The translations under genes and the position numbers were made by a program. Of a stretch of 32,000 bases of DNA, positions 16,252-24,982 are shown piece after piece (the stretch's first letter is position 1; every line of letters starts with the position of its first letter). Location of the stretch: positions 2,520,001-2,552,000 of the forward strand of contig NZ_CP066018.1 in assembly GCF_016127575.1 (NCBI RefSeq). Reading direction: 5' to 3'. The notes beneath the pieces are model-generated. The model worked only from the letters and a program-made list of their open reading frames with translations. It was not told where the DNA came from and did not search any database. The DNA comes from Cupriavidus necator (GTDB lineage Bacteria > Pseudomonadota > Gammaproteobacteria > Burkholderiales > Burkholderiaceae).

Positions 16252-18603
16252 TCAACCGCCCTTGTACAGGGGATCGTTGTCCGGGCGCGCCGGTGCCGGC
16301 GCCGGCTTGCGCTCCTCGCGCTCGCTGGCGCGTGCCGGCTGGCGGGTCTGGGCGTCAGCCTGCGCGGCGGTCCCCGGCGTTTCCTTCGGGATCGGCCTGC
16401 CGGCGGTCATGCCGGCGGTCTTGCCGGTCCTGGGATCCTTGTAGGTCTTGCCCGGCGGCGGCGCGACCGGGCGTTTGCGCAGGTCGGCCAGCAGCGTTGC
16501 GCACAGGTTGTCTTCGCCGTCCGGGGACAGGTCCACCAGCGGCAGCACCGCAGTCGCCACCGGTGCCAGCAGCGCCAGCGACAGCGCGCCGCCGGCGCGC
16601 AGCGCCAGCACCCCGATATCGGGGCTGACGGACGGCTTCTTCATGGTGCCGCCCACGTACAGTGGCGAGCGCAGCGAGAACACGCGCAGGCCCTTGGAGT
16701 CCGGGTGGATGGTCAGCGCCAGCCTTTCATTGCGCAGGTCGATGCCGCCGGTGGTTTCGACCACCGCATCTTCCGTATCCAGCACAAAGGTGCGCGCCCG
16801 CGCGATGCCGTCGGTGAAGGCAAAGTCGCTGACGCCGCAGTTGATCCGCACCGGCCTGTCGCCGAACAGCTTGCGGATCACCACGCTGCCCACGTTCAGC
16901 CCCATCGCCTCAAGCAGGAACTTGCTGACCGTGCCGTTCTCGACCAGCAGCTTGGCTTCGCCGTTGGAAGACGCCATCAGTGCCGCCACTGAATTGCCGG
17001 TGGCCGAGAGCTTCGCGCTGCCGTTGAGTTCGCCGATGCTGGTGCGCATCAGGTCAAAGGTGGGGAACAGCTGCTTGAGCTTCATGTGCCGCGCGGTCAT
17101 GTCGACCGTGGCCCCCATCGGCTCGCGCTTGCCGTCCAGGCGCATGGTCGACACCAGGTTGCCGCCGGCCACGCCGAAATTCAGCGGGTCCAGCAGCAGC
17201 ACGCCGTCCTGCAGCTTCAGGTGCGTGACCAGGTCGGTGATCGGCAGGTCGGCATCGCGGATGATGCGCTTGCCGGCAAAGCGCACGTCGGCGTCGATCT
17301 CGTCCCAGCGCTCGGTGCGGAATGGCGCCACCGGCAGCGCCTTGTCGGCCGGCTGGGCCACCGGGCTGTCCTTGGCGGGGCGTCCGGGCTTGGCATCGGC
17401 GCCGATCAACGGCGCCAGGTCGACAAAGCGCAGCTGGTTGGACACCAGGTTGCCGGCCAGCAGCGGGCGCGGCTCGCGCTTGGTAAAGGTCAGCGTGCCG
17501 GACAGGTCGCTGCCGCCGACGCGGCCGGTGAACTTCTGGTACTCGTAGATCGAGCCCTGCTTGCGCAGCGTCGCCATCAGCCGGCCGCGGGTCTGGTACG
17601 GGGGCGTGGACGGCAGCACCACGCCGGTCAGCGCATAGAGCCTGGCCATGCTGTCGCCGCTCAGGGTCAGGTGCACGTCCAGCGCGGCCAGGTGGGCCGG
17701 GTTGGTCACGGTGCCTTCGATCACGGCGCGGGTGGTGCCAACCCGCACATCGGCCAGGATCGGGAAGGGCACGTCGGCGTTGCGCAGGCTCAGCACCGTG
17801 CCGGCCTTGCCGCTGGCGTTGATGGTGGCCTCGTTGTAGCGGCCGGTGGCTTTCCAGCGCACGCCGTAGCGGTCGTCGGGGCCCTTGGCCGTGGCCGGCG
17901 GGGCGGAAACGCCCGGCGCCGAAGCCGCTGGCGCGGAGGCTGCCCTGGCCGCGCCGGGTGCACTGGCCGGGGGCCCTGGCGGCACCGCGGAGGCCTCGGG
18001 CGCGACCAGCGCGCCGTCGCGGGCCTTGTCATAGAGCGGGCTGCCGCCGATGGTGTCGAGCTCTGCCTGCAGCTCGATCTTCTTGAGCTGGTCGGCCAGC
18101 GCCAGGTTGCCGCGCGCCAGCACCACCTCGCCGATATGCAGCTCCCATTCGGACGGGCCCTTCTTGGGGCCGAACTCGAGGGTCCAGTTGTTGCGGGCGT
18201 CCGGCAGGCGCTCCAGCCACACCGCCGGGCTGTCGACGACAATGGTCGGCACCGCGATCTGGTGCGCCAGCAGCGGTATCGGACGCAGCACGAAGATCAG
18301 CTCGCGCACGGTTGCCAGGTTGGGCTGTTTGGCCCAGTCGGTATTGGCGATGGTGATGTCGCGCGCCGACAGCCGCGGCCACGGCACCAGCGTATGCCAG
18401 CCTTTCTCGCCCTCACCGCGGCGCCAGGTCACGCTCAGGTCGCCGTTGATGGCAAAGGGGCGGCCGATGGCCTCGGTGACGCGGTCATTGAGCCAGGGCT
18501 TGAGGCGGTTCCAGTCGAAGGTCAGGATCACGACCACCAGCAGCGCGATCAGCGCGATGGGTGTCAGCACACTCCACAGAACAACCTTGCGGCGCACGGG
18601 CAT
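16252..18603 (-). CDS. AsmA-family outer-membrane biogenesis / lipid-transport protein
   Basis: 783 aa from the ATG at 18603 (AGGAGA SD). An N-terminal TM anchor VLWSVLTPIALIALLVVVILTF is followed by DWNRLKPWLNDRVTEAIGRPF, typical of AsmA-like proteins. The protein is long and beta-rich, with a disordered Pro/Lys-rich tail. Confidence 0.8.
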   Translation of the reverse strand: MPVRRKVVLWSVLTPIALIALLVVVILTFDWNRLKPWLNDRVTEAIGRPFAINGDLSVTWRRGEGEKGWHTLVPWPRLSARDITIANTDWAKQPNLATVRELIFVLRPIPLLAHQIAVPTIVVDSPAVWLERLPDARNNWTLEFGPKKGPSEWELHIGEVVLARGNLALADQLKKIELQAELDTIGGSPLYDKARDGALVAPEASAVPPGPPASAPGAARAASAPAASAPGVSAPPATAKGPDDRYGVRWKATGRYNEATINASGKAGTVLSLRNADVPFPILADVRVGTTRAVIEGTVTNPAHLAALDVHLTLSGDSMARLYALTGVVLPSTPPYQTRGRLMATLRKQGSIYEYQKFTGRVGGSDLSGTLTFTKREPRPLLAGNLVSNQLRFVDLAPLIGADAKPGRPAKDSPVAQPADKALPVAPFRTERWDEIDADVRFAGKRIIRDADLPITDLVTHLKLQDGVLLLDPLNFGVAGGNLVSTMRLDGKREPMGATVDMTARHMKLKQLFPTFDLMRTSIGELNGSAKLSATGNSVAALMASSNGEAKLLVENGTVSKFLLEAMGLNVGSVVIRKLFGDRPVRINCGVSDFAFTDGIARARTFVLDTEDAVVETTGGIDLRNERLALTIHPDSKGLRVFSLRSPLYVGGTMKKPSVSPDIGVLALRAGGALSLALLAPVATAVLPLVDLSPDGEDNLCATLLADLRKRPVAPPPGKTYKDPRTGKTAGMTAGRPIPKETPGTAAQADAQTRQPARASEREERKPAPAPARPDNDPLYKGG

Positions 18604-18815
18604 GAGGCGGGCTCTCCTGTCTGGCGGGGGGGCAGGGCCGGGGCCGCCCAAGCCAGCGCGGGGCGGCGAACGGACCACTGCACGTCTATTGTATAGTTGC
18701 GCGCTTCCTGTCTTTGTCGGGGATTGGCTGACATCGCCGCCGGAAAATGCCGGATTCTTGCCCCGCGCAGCCAAGCGCCGACCCTGCCGCACTCCATCGA
18801 CCCGATACCTCCAGC

Positions 18816-19685
18816 ATGAACGATGCCGCACACGACCTGGCCGGCCTGCCCGAGCCGCTGACCCACGAAAGCCCGGCCGAGGATGACTACCACCGCCGCT
18901 TCGGCGGCGTGGCAAGGCTCTACGGCGCCGCCGGCCTGGCCCGCCTGGAGGCGGCCAGCGTGTGCGTGGTCGGCATTGGCGGCGTCGGCAGCTGGGCGGC
19001 CGAGGCACTGGCGCGCAATGCGGTCGGGTGCATCACGCTGATCGACCTGGACCATATCGCGCTGTCCAACACCAACCGCCAGATCCATGCGCTGGGCGAT
19101 GCCTACGGGCGCGCCAAGGTCGAGGCCATGGCCGAGCGCATCGTGGCCATCAACCCGCGCTGCCGGGTAACGCAGGTCGATGATTTCGTCACGCCGGACA
19201 ACGTGCCCGAGCTGCTCGGAGCCGGCTATGACTACGTCATCGACGCCATCGACGCGGTGCGCGTCAAGACTGGGATGCTCGGCTGGGCCCGGCGCCAGGG
19301 CGTGCCGGTGATCACCTGCGGCGGCGCGGGCGGCCAGCTCGACCCCACGCGCGTGCGCATCGACGACCTGGCGCGTACGATCCAGGACCCGCTGCTGTCC
19401 AAGGTGCGCGCCGGCCTGCGCAAGCAATGGGGCTTTACGCGCGACCCGAAGAAGAAGTTCGGCATCGCCGCGGTCTATTCGGACGAGCCGCTGCAATATC
19501 CCGAGCCCGAGCAGCAGGCCTGCGAGATCGACGAGGCGCCGCCGCTGGACCTGCAGCCGGGCCAGCCGGCCATGCGCGGCCCGCAGGGGCTGGCCTGCGC
19601 GGGCTTTGGCTCGTCGGTGGCGGTGACGGCGGTGTTCGGCTTTGTCGCGGCGTCGGCGGTGATCGGCGCGATCGCGCGCGGCTGA
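18816..19685 (+). CDS. tcdA: tRNA threonylcarbamoyladenosine dehydratase (ThiF/HesA family)
   Basis: 289 aa from the ATG at 18816. It has RRFGGVARLYG, the Rossmann motif VCVVGIGGVGSWAAEALAR, LIDLDHIALSNTNRQ and a C-terminal hydrophobic tail as in TcdA/CsdL. Confidence 0.9.
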   Translation: MNDAAHDLAGLPEPLTHESPAEDDYHRRFGGVARLYGAAGLARLEAASVCVVGIGGVGSWAAEALARNAVGCITLIDLDHIALSNTNRQIHALGDAYGRAKVEAMAERIVAINPRCRVTQVDDFVTPDNVPELLGAGYDYVIDAIDAVRVKTGMLGWARRQGVPVITCGGAGGQLDPTRVRIDDLARTIQDPLLSKVRAGLRKQWGFTRDPKKKFGIAAVYSDEPLQYPEPEQQACEIDEAPPLDLQPGQPAMRGPQGLACAGFGSSVAVTAVFGFVAASAVIGAIARG

Positions 19686-19700
19686 AGCCGCCCGGGCCGC

Positions 19701-20279
19701 TCAGGCGCTCAGCGCGCGCAGCAGCCCGTCGATCTCGGCGTCGCCGGGTGCAAGGTTGTCGAAGAAGATCAGCTCCGGATAATCCGCGGGCGCCGGCATG
19801 AAGCGCCGGGTGCGGTAGGCTTCCCAGTGGCCCAGCTTGTAGGCGTCGTTGGGATTGCCGCGCCGGATGATGCGCGCATGGGCCTCGTCTTCAGGCAGAT
19901 GGACCCAGACCGTGCGCACCGTCGTGCCGGCGGGCACGTGCAGCCAGCCGGGGTCATGCAGCAGGTGGGCCTTGACCTCGCGCGACAGCGGGCCGATCAC
20001 GATCACGCTGATGCCCAGCGCCAGGTTCTCGCGCGCGGTGTCGAGCAGGCCCTGGTATTCCGGGTCGCGCAGGTTGTTCAGGTAGGCCGGGCTGTCGCGG
20101 TCATTGGGGTCGCCGGTGATCGCGGCCATGGCCGCGGCGCTGTAGCGGCCGTACAGGGTGTCTTTGTCGAGCAGGCAGAAGGGCTCGCCGGTGGCCTGCA
20201 TCAGCGGGCCGATCAGGCGGTGGGCGAGGGTGGTCTTGCCGGTGCCGGCATGGCCGCAGAAGAAGATCAGTCTTGGCAT
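19701..20279 (-). CDS. P-loop NTPase / small-molecule kinase-like protein (AAA_33-type)
   Basis: 192 aa from the ATG at 20279. Walker A is FFCGHAGTGKTTL, with a Walker B-like VIVIGPL. The substrate is unknown. Confidence 0.7.
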   Translation of the reverse strand: MPRLIFFCGHAGTGKTTLAHRLIGPLMQATGEPFCLLDKDTLYGRYSAAAMAAITGDPNDRDSPAYLNNLRDPEYQGLLDTARENLALGISVIVIGPLSREVKAHLLHDPGWLHVPAGTTVRTVWVHLPEDEAHARIIRRGNPNDAYKLGHWEAYRTRRFMPAPADYPELIFFDNLAPGDAEIDGLLRALSA

Positions 20280-20403
20280 GAGGGTTTGGTGTAGCGGACA
20301 GGGCGCATCGCCCACAGCATACCCCCTGGGCTTGCGCCAGATCAGGCCCGGGCCGCGCCGATTCGGTATCCTTGCCGTTTTCTCCCACGATTGCCGTCGA
20401 TCC

Positions 20404-20844
20404 ATGGACGCCAAAGACCAGCTTTCCTCCGCCGGCCTGCCGGACCACCTCCATCTGGGCGAACCGGTCACCGACGCCACCCATGCCGAGTTCGTGCAGC
20501 TGCTGGCCGCGGTGGCCGGCGCCGACGACGCCGGCTTCCTGGCGGCGATGGACGAATGGATCGACCATACCCGCCATCATTTCGCACAGGAAGAGCAGTG
20601 GATGGAGGCGATGGGCTTCGGCCCGCGCCATTGCCACGCGGGCGAGCACCAGCAGGTGCTGGCCGTGGCCGCCGCGGTGCGCGACAAGGTGCACACCGAT
20701 GCCGAGTTCCAGCTTGGCCGCCGCCTGGTGGCCGAGCTCTCGGGCTGGTTCGACCATCACGTCAAGTCGATGGACGCGATGATGGTGGAACATATGCGCG
20801 AGCACGGCTTCACGCTGGTCGAAGGCCCGGTCACGGCGGCCTGA
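20404..20844 (+). CDS. Hemerythrin-like metal-binding domain protein
   Basis: 146 aa from the ATG at 20404. The His/Glu/Asp pattern (THAEF, HTRHHFAQEEQWM, HCHAGEH, WFDHHVKSMD) matches the bacteriohemerythrin di-iron ligand pattern. Confidence 0.75.
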   Translation: MDAKDQLSSAGLPDHLHLGEPVTDATHAEFVQLLAAVAGADDAGFLAAMDEWIDHTRHHFAQEEQWMEAMGFGPRHCHAGEHQQVLAVAAAVRDKVHTDAEFQLGRRLVAELSGWFDHHVKSMDAMMVEHMREHGFTLVEGPVTAA

Positions 20845-20850
20845 GCGCAG

Positions 20851-21228
20851 TCAGGCCGGGTGGGCGGCGGCGCGGTCGATCACCACGAAATACTTGCGCA
20901 CCGGCGCCAGCACCTCGAACAGCCCGGTAAAGCCGGCCGGGATCACGCAGGCGTCGCCGGGGCCGAAATCGCTGGCCTGGCCGGCATCGTCGCTGATGCG
21001 GATCCGGCCGCTGATGACATGGAAGAACTCTTCCTTGCCGGCCGGAAAGGCGATGCGCCATGCCCCGGGCTCGCATGCCCAGATGCCGCAGTCGAAATCG
21101 CCGTGCTGCGCGCTGTAGTGCGTCCAGGTGGTGCGGTCGGGGTTGCCTGACACCAGCCGGTCCGGGCGCGGGCGGTCGTGGCTGGGGGCGGGCTCGGTCT
21201 TGAAGTCGATCAGGCGGGGCGCTGGCAT
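20851..21228 (-). CDS. Cupin domain protein (DUF861/cupin_3-like)
   Basis: 125 aa, ATG verified. GIWACEPGAWRIAFPAGKEEFFHVISGRIRISDD and GDACVIPAGFTG fit small EutQ/DUF861-type cupins. No SD. The ATG lies only about 13 nt after the cnoX terminator T-run. Confidence 0.75.
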   Translation of the reverse strand: MPAPRLIDFKTEPAPSHDRPRPDRLVSGNPDRTTWTHYSAQHGDFDCGIWACEPGAWRIAFPAGKEEFFHVISGRIRISDDAGQASDFGPGDACVIPAGFTGLFEVLAPVRKYFVVIDRAAAHPA

Positions 21229-21240
21229 GGCGGATGGCAG

Positions 21241-21266
21241 GAAAAATGGCGGAACTGAGTCCGCCA
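21241..21266 (-). terminator. Rho-independent terminator downstream of cnoX
   Basis: On the minus strand it reads TGGCGGA-ctcagt-TCCGCCA followed by TTTTTC. It lies about 33 nt after the cnoX stop. Confidence 0.55.
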
Positions 21267-21298
21267 GTTTACCGCGCCGGGGCCCGCGGCCCGGCCGT

Positions 21299-22144
21299 TC
21301 AGTTCAGCGCCGTGCTCAGCTGGCGGCGCCAGTGCGACACCACGTCGGGCCGGTCGGCCAGCATCTCGAACACCGACAGCATGGTCTTGCGGCCGATATC
21401 GTCCTCGAAAGTGCGATCGGTGCGCACGATTTCCAGCAACTGCTCCAGCGCCGGCTCGTACTGCTGGCGCGCGATCAGCAGCCTGGCCAGGTCCCGCCGC
21501 GCCGCCAGGTCGCGCGGGTCGGCGGCAATGCGCGCGCTCAGGGTGGGCTCGTCCGGCAGGCCGGACAGGCCCTCCATCGCATCCATGCGCATGCGCAGCG
21601 CGGCATGGGCGTCCTGCTGCGCGGCCTGCGGCGACAGGGCCTCGAACTGCGACCTGGCCTCGGCGATGGCATTGCCGTCCAGCAGGAAACCGATATAGGC
21701 CAGCCGGGCGGCGTCGGTCTCGGGGTCGAGCGCAATGGCTTCGTCGAACTTCGCCTCGGCGCCGGCCCGGTCGCCCTCGGCGGCCAGTTGCAGCGCGTCA
21801 TGCAGGGCCGTCTGCGCGGGCCTGGGCATCAGCCGCCCGAGGAATTCACGCAGGCCGGACTCGGGCAGCACGCCGATGAACTGGTCCACCGCCTGGCCGT
21901 CGGCAATCGCCACCACATGCGGGATGCTGCGCACGCCGAAGTGCGCGGCCAGGTCCTGGTTCTCGTCGACATTGACCTTGACCAGCTTCCACTGGCCGCC
22001 GGCCTCGGATTCCAGCCGTTCCAGCATCGGGCCCAGCGTGCGGCAGGGGCCGCACCACGGCGCCCAGAAGTCGACCAGCACGGGCGCCTGGCGCGAGGCC
22101 TCGATCACTTCGGTTTCGAAATTCTGCAGGGTCACGTCGCTCAT
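21299..22144 (-). CDS. cnoX: Thioredoxin-domain plus TPR-like chaperedoxin (YbbN/CnoX family)
   Basis: 281 aa from the ATG at 22144. The N-terminal Trx fold has a canonical WCGPC (nt 22043-22057). The C-terminal helical TPR-like region (AEAKFDEAIALDPE etc.) resembles YbbN. Confidence 0.85.
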   Translation of the reverse strand: MSDVTLQNFETEVIEASRQAPVLVDFWAPWCGPCRTLGPMLERLESEAGGQWKLVKVNVDENQDLAAHFGVRSIPHVVAIADGQAVDQFIGVLPESGLREFLGRLMPRPAQTALHDALQLAAEGDRAGAEAKFDEAIALDPETDAARLAYIGFLLDGNAIAEARSQFEALSPQAAQQDAHAALRMRMDAMEGLSGLPDEPTLSARIAADPRDLAARRDLARLLIARQQYEPALEQLLEIVRTDRTFEDDIGRKTMLSVFEMLADRPDVVSHWRRQLSTALN

Positions 22145-22297
22145 GGGAAATCCTGGATCGGGGAGAGGCGGGAGCGGCCAGCCCGGGCGGGCCGCCCGAA
22201 GGGGCAAGGCAATCTATACCCCTATTGTGAGGGCGAAGGCGCCGAATGCAACGCCTTGTGCCAATACCGTGCCCGCAGGGTTCGGGAAAGTCTGCGG

Positions 22298-22327
22298 TTG
22301 AAAATAGAACGATCGTTCGGTTATAGT
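22298..22327 (+). promoter_or_regulatory. Sigma70-like promoter TTGAAA-18-TATAGT with an embedded 12-bp palindrome GAACGATCGTTC (candidate fatty-acid regulator operator) upstream of the fadD-like gene
   Basis: Hexamers are at 22298-22303 and 22322-22327. The perfect palindrome at 22307-22318 fills the spacer. It lies about 50 nt upstream of the ATG at 22379, which has a CAGGAGA SD. Confidence 0.4.
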
Positions 22328-22378
22328 CCTTGATCATACCAAAAGCCCCGGTCCGCGAGACCGCACAGGAGACCTTGC

Positions 22379-24094
22379 ATGCAGACCCCAGCTCGCCCGC
22401 ATTTCCAGTTCTGGCCGAAGCGCCTGCCGACCGCCATCGTGCTGCCGGAGACCTCGCTCTGGGCCAACCTGGAAGTCTCGGCGCTCCGCTATGCCGACAA
22501 GGCCGCGATCCGCTACTTCGGCAATGCCATCACCTTCCGTGAGCTGGAGGCGCAGGCCACCGCCCTGGCCGGCTGGCTGCAGCAGAAGGCGGGCGTGAAG
22601 AAGGGCGACCGGGTGCTGCTGTACATGCAGAACTGCCCGCAGTTCATCGTCAGCTACTACGCCATCCTGCGCGCCGACGCGGTGGTGGTGCCGGTCAACC
22701 CGATGAACCGTGCCGAGGAATTCAAGCATTACGTGACCGACGCGCAGGCGCGCGTGGCGATCTTCACCGCCGACCTGGCCGCCGGGGTCGAGCAGGCGCA
22801 GGCGGAACTGGCGCCGGCCGAGCGCCTGGAGCATATGCTGGTGACCCAGTATGCCGACGCGCTGCCGCCCACGCACGAACATCCGGAAGACGCGCCGCCG
22901 GCCTGGCTGACCACGCCGCATCCGCTGCCCGCGGGCGCCACCGCGTGGCCCGAGGTACTGGGTGCCGGCCTGCAGCCTGGCCCGCACACCGCCGGCCCGG
23001 ACGACATGGCGGTGATGCCCTACACCTCGGGCACCACCGGCTTCCCCAAGGGCTGCATCCATACGCACCGCTCGGTGATGCACAACATCGTCGGCGGCTC
23101 AACCTGGTCGGGCTCGGGCGCCGAATCGGTGATCCTGTCGGTGCTGCCGCTGTTCCACGTCACCGGCATGCAGTACGGCATGAACGGCCCGATCTACAGC
23201 GGCGCCACCGTGGTGATGCTGCCGCGCTGGGACCGCGAGGTGGCCGGCCGCCTGATCTCGCGCTACCAGGTCACGCACTGGACCAATATCCCGACCATGG
23301 TGATCGACTTCCTGGCCAGCCCCAACCTGGCCCAGTTCGACCTGGCCAGCCTGCGCTATATCGGCGGCGGCGGCGCGGCCATGCCGCAGGCCGTGGCCGA
23401 GCGCCTGCGCGAGCAGTTCGGGCTGAACTACCTGGAAGGCTACGGCCTGTCCGAGACCATGGCGCCGACGCACAGCAACCCGTCGGACCGGCCCAAGCTG
23501 CAGTGCCTGGGCGTGCCGACCTTCAACACCGACGCGCGCGTGGTCGACCCGGTCACGCTCAAGGAACTGCCGCCCAACGAGATCGGCGAGATCATCGTCA
23601 GCGGCCCGCAGGTGTTCAAGGGCTACTGGGGCAAGGAAGACGCCACCCGCGACGCCTTTATCGAGTTCGAGGGCAAGGCCTTCTTCCGCACCGGCGACCT
23701 GGGCCGCATGGACGAAGAGGGCTACTTCTTCATCACCGACCGCCTCAAGCGCATGATCAATGCGTCGGGCTTCAAGGTGTGGCCGGCCGAGGTGGAGAAC
23801 CTGCTGTACAAGCATCCGGACGTGCAGGAGGCCTGCATCATCGGCACGCGCGACCCGTACCGCGGCGAGACCGTCAAGGCGGTGGTGGTGCTGCGCGCCC
23901 ATGCCAAAGGCAAGACCACGCCGGAGCAGATCATCGAATGGGCCAAGGAGAACATGGCCGCCTACAAGTACCCGCGCGTGGTGGAGTTCGTTGAGGCGCT
24001 GCCGAAGTCGGGCACCGGCAAGGTGATGTGGCGCCATCTGCAGGAATGCGAGAATGCGCGCAACACCGGCGCAGAGGAGAGGCCCGCGGCCTGA
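22379..24094 (+). CDS. fadD: Long-chain-fatty-acid--CoA ligase (AMP-forming)
   Basis: 571 aa. Motifs are YTSGTTGFPKGCIHTH, TGDLGRMDEEGYFFITDRLKRMINASGFKVWPAEVE and LPKSGTGKVMWR. The symbol is by family resemblance only. Confidence 0.85.
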   Translation: MQTPARPHFQFWPKRLPTAIVLPETSLWANLEVSALRYADKAAIRYFGNAITFRELEAQATALAGWLQQKAGVKKGDRVLLYMQNCPQFIVSYYAILRADAVVVPVNPMNRAEEFKHYVTDAQARVAIFTADLAAGVEQAQAELAPAERLEHMLVTQYADALPPTHEHPEDAPPAWLTTPHPLPAGATAWPEVLGAGLQPGPHTAGPDDMAVMPYTSGTTGFPKGCIHTHRSVMHNIVGGSTWSGSGAESVILSVLPLFHVTGMQYGMNGPIYSGATVVMLPRWDREVAGRLISRYQVTHWTNIPTMVIDFLASPNLAQFDLASLRYIGGGGAAMPQAVAERLREQFGLNYLEGYGLSETMAPTHSNPSDRPKLQCLGVPTFNTDARVVDPVTLKELPPNEIGEIIVSGPQVFKGYWGKEDATRDAFIEFEGKAFFRTGDLGRMDEEGYFFITDRLKRMINASGFKVWPAEVENLLYKHPDVQEACIIGTRDPYRGETVKAVVVLRAHAKGKTTPEQIIEWAKENMAAYKYPRVVEFVEALPKSGTGKVMWRHLQECENARNTGAEERPAA

Positions 24095-24114
24095 GGCAGC
24101 CGGGTAGCCATATG

Positions 24115-24145
24115 AAAAAGGCTGGTCGACCGACCAGCTTTTTTT
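24115..24145. terminator. Bidirectional rho-independent terminator between the convergent fadD-like and ankyrin genes
   Basis: AAAAAG-GCTGGTCG-ac-CGACCAGC-TTTTTTT. The perfect 8-bp stem is flanked by an A-run and a 7-T run, so it works on either strand. Confidence 0.8.
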
Positions 24146-24164
24146 ATTTACGCGGTGCCGGCCC

Positions 24165-24965
24165 TCAATGCCCCCGCACCCGCATCAGCATCTTCACCAT
24201 CGTCTTGTAGCCCCGCTCGCGCGCATGGCGCGTGGGGCTCACGCCTTCGCGGTCGGCGAGGTTGGCGTCAGCGCCGGCATCCAGCAGCAGTTGCACCGTT
24301 TCCTCGTAGCGGGTGCTGCCATCGCCCAGGATCACCGCTTCCAGCAGCGCGGTCCAGCCGAGGTCGTTGACATGGTCCACGGCAACGCCGGCCTTCAGCA
24401 GCAGCTTCACCACCTCGACATGGCCGTGCTGGCTGGCGGCGATCAGCGCGGTGCCGTCATAGCGGTCGGTGCTGGCCAGGTCGGCGCCGTGCGCCAGCGC
24501 CAGGCGCACCATGTCGGCCTGGCCGGTGGCGGCTGCCAGCAGGAAGGGGCTGTTGGCCTCGGTGTCCTTCAGGTTCACATCGGCGCCGGCCAGCAGCAGC
24601 GTGCGCGCGACTTCGGTGTGCCGGTTCTGCACCGCCGCCAGCAGGGCGCTGCGCCCGCGCTCGTCGGCCGCGCGCGCCGAGGCGCCGGCGGCCAGCAGGC
24701 GCGCCACCAGGTCCTGGTCGCCGGCGCTGGCGGCGGTGATCAGGTTGCGGTCGAGCGTGCCGATGGCGTCGCGGCGTGGCGGCGGCTGCATGGCCGCGCT
24801 GCGCGGCGCTCGGGCGGCGGGCTGGCTGGCCGCGCCGCCGGCGGGCCGTGCCGCCAGGGTTTGCCCGCCCTGGGCCGCCAGCAGGCCACCCCCCATCAGC
24901 AATCCCATCAGGCCCAGCAGCTCGTTGAGTGCCTGTCTGCGGGTGAGGGCGGCGGGGCGCGTCAT
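24165..24965 (-). CDS. Ankyrin-repeat protein with a twin-arginine (Tat)-type signal peptide
   Basis: 266 aa. The N-terminus MTRPAALTRRQALNELLGLMGLLMGGGLLAAQG is a TRRxAL Tat-like motif plus an h-region. There are at least 4 ankyrin repeats (GRSALLAAVQNRHTEVARTLLLAGADVN, NSPFLLAAATGQADMVRLALAHGADL, GTALIAASQHGHVEVVKLLLKAGVAV, GWTALLEAV). Confidence 0.85.
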   Translation of the reverse strand: MTRPAALTRRQALNELLGLMGLLMGGGLLAAQGGQTLAARPAGGAASQPAARAPRSAAMQPPPRRDAIGTLDRNLITAASAGDQDLVARLLAAGASARAADERGRSALLAAVQNRHTEVARTLLLAGADVNLKDTEANSPFLLAAATGQADMVRLALAHGADLASTDRYDGTALIAASQHGHVEVVKLLLKAGVAVDHVNDLGWTALLEAVILGDGSTRYEETVQLLLDAGADANLADREGVSPTRHARERGYKTMVKMLMRVRGH

Positions 24966-24982
24966 GGCGGCAGCTCCTTGGC

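Noticed and set aside
17086-18696. 536-aa plus-strand ORF, plus other long ORFs overlapping asmA (16448-17548, 18050-18886)
   Set aside because: They are antisense or out of frame relative to the AsmA-family gene, which has a TM anchor, family-typical N-terminus and a strong SD. The overlapping ORFs have Arg/Gly/Ala/Ser-rich composition.
18604-19008. 135-residue N-terminal extension of the 918-aa track ORF for asmA
   Set aside because: The extension is extremely Arg/Pro-rich. It would overlap the tcdA promoter and coding sequence. The internal ATG at 18603 has an AGGAGA SD and is immediately followed by the expected membrane anchor.
22224-22251. Possible cnoX promoter TTGCAT-16-CACAAT on the minus strand
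   Set aside because: The spacing is plausible but the -10 is poor and there is nothing supporting it. Left uncalled.
24028-24210. 60-aa ORF running through the bidirectional terminator
   Set aside because: It overlaps the 3' ends of two real convergent genes and the terminator hairpin, so it is not credible as a coding region.
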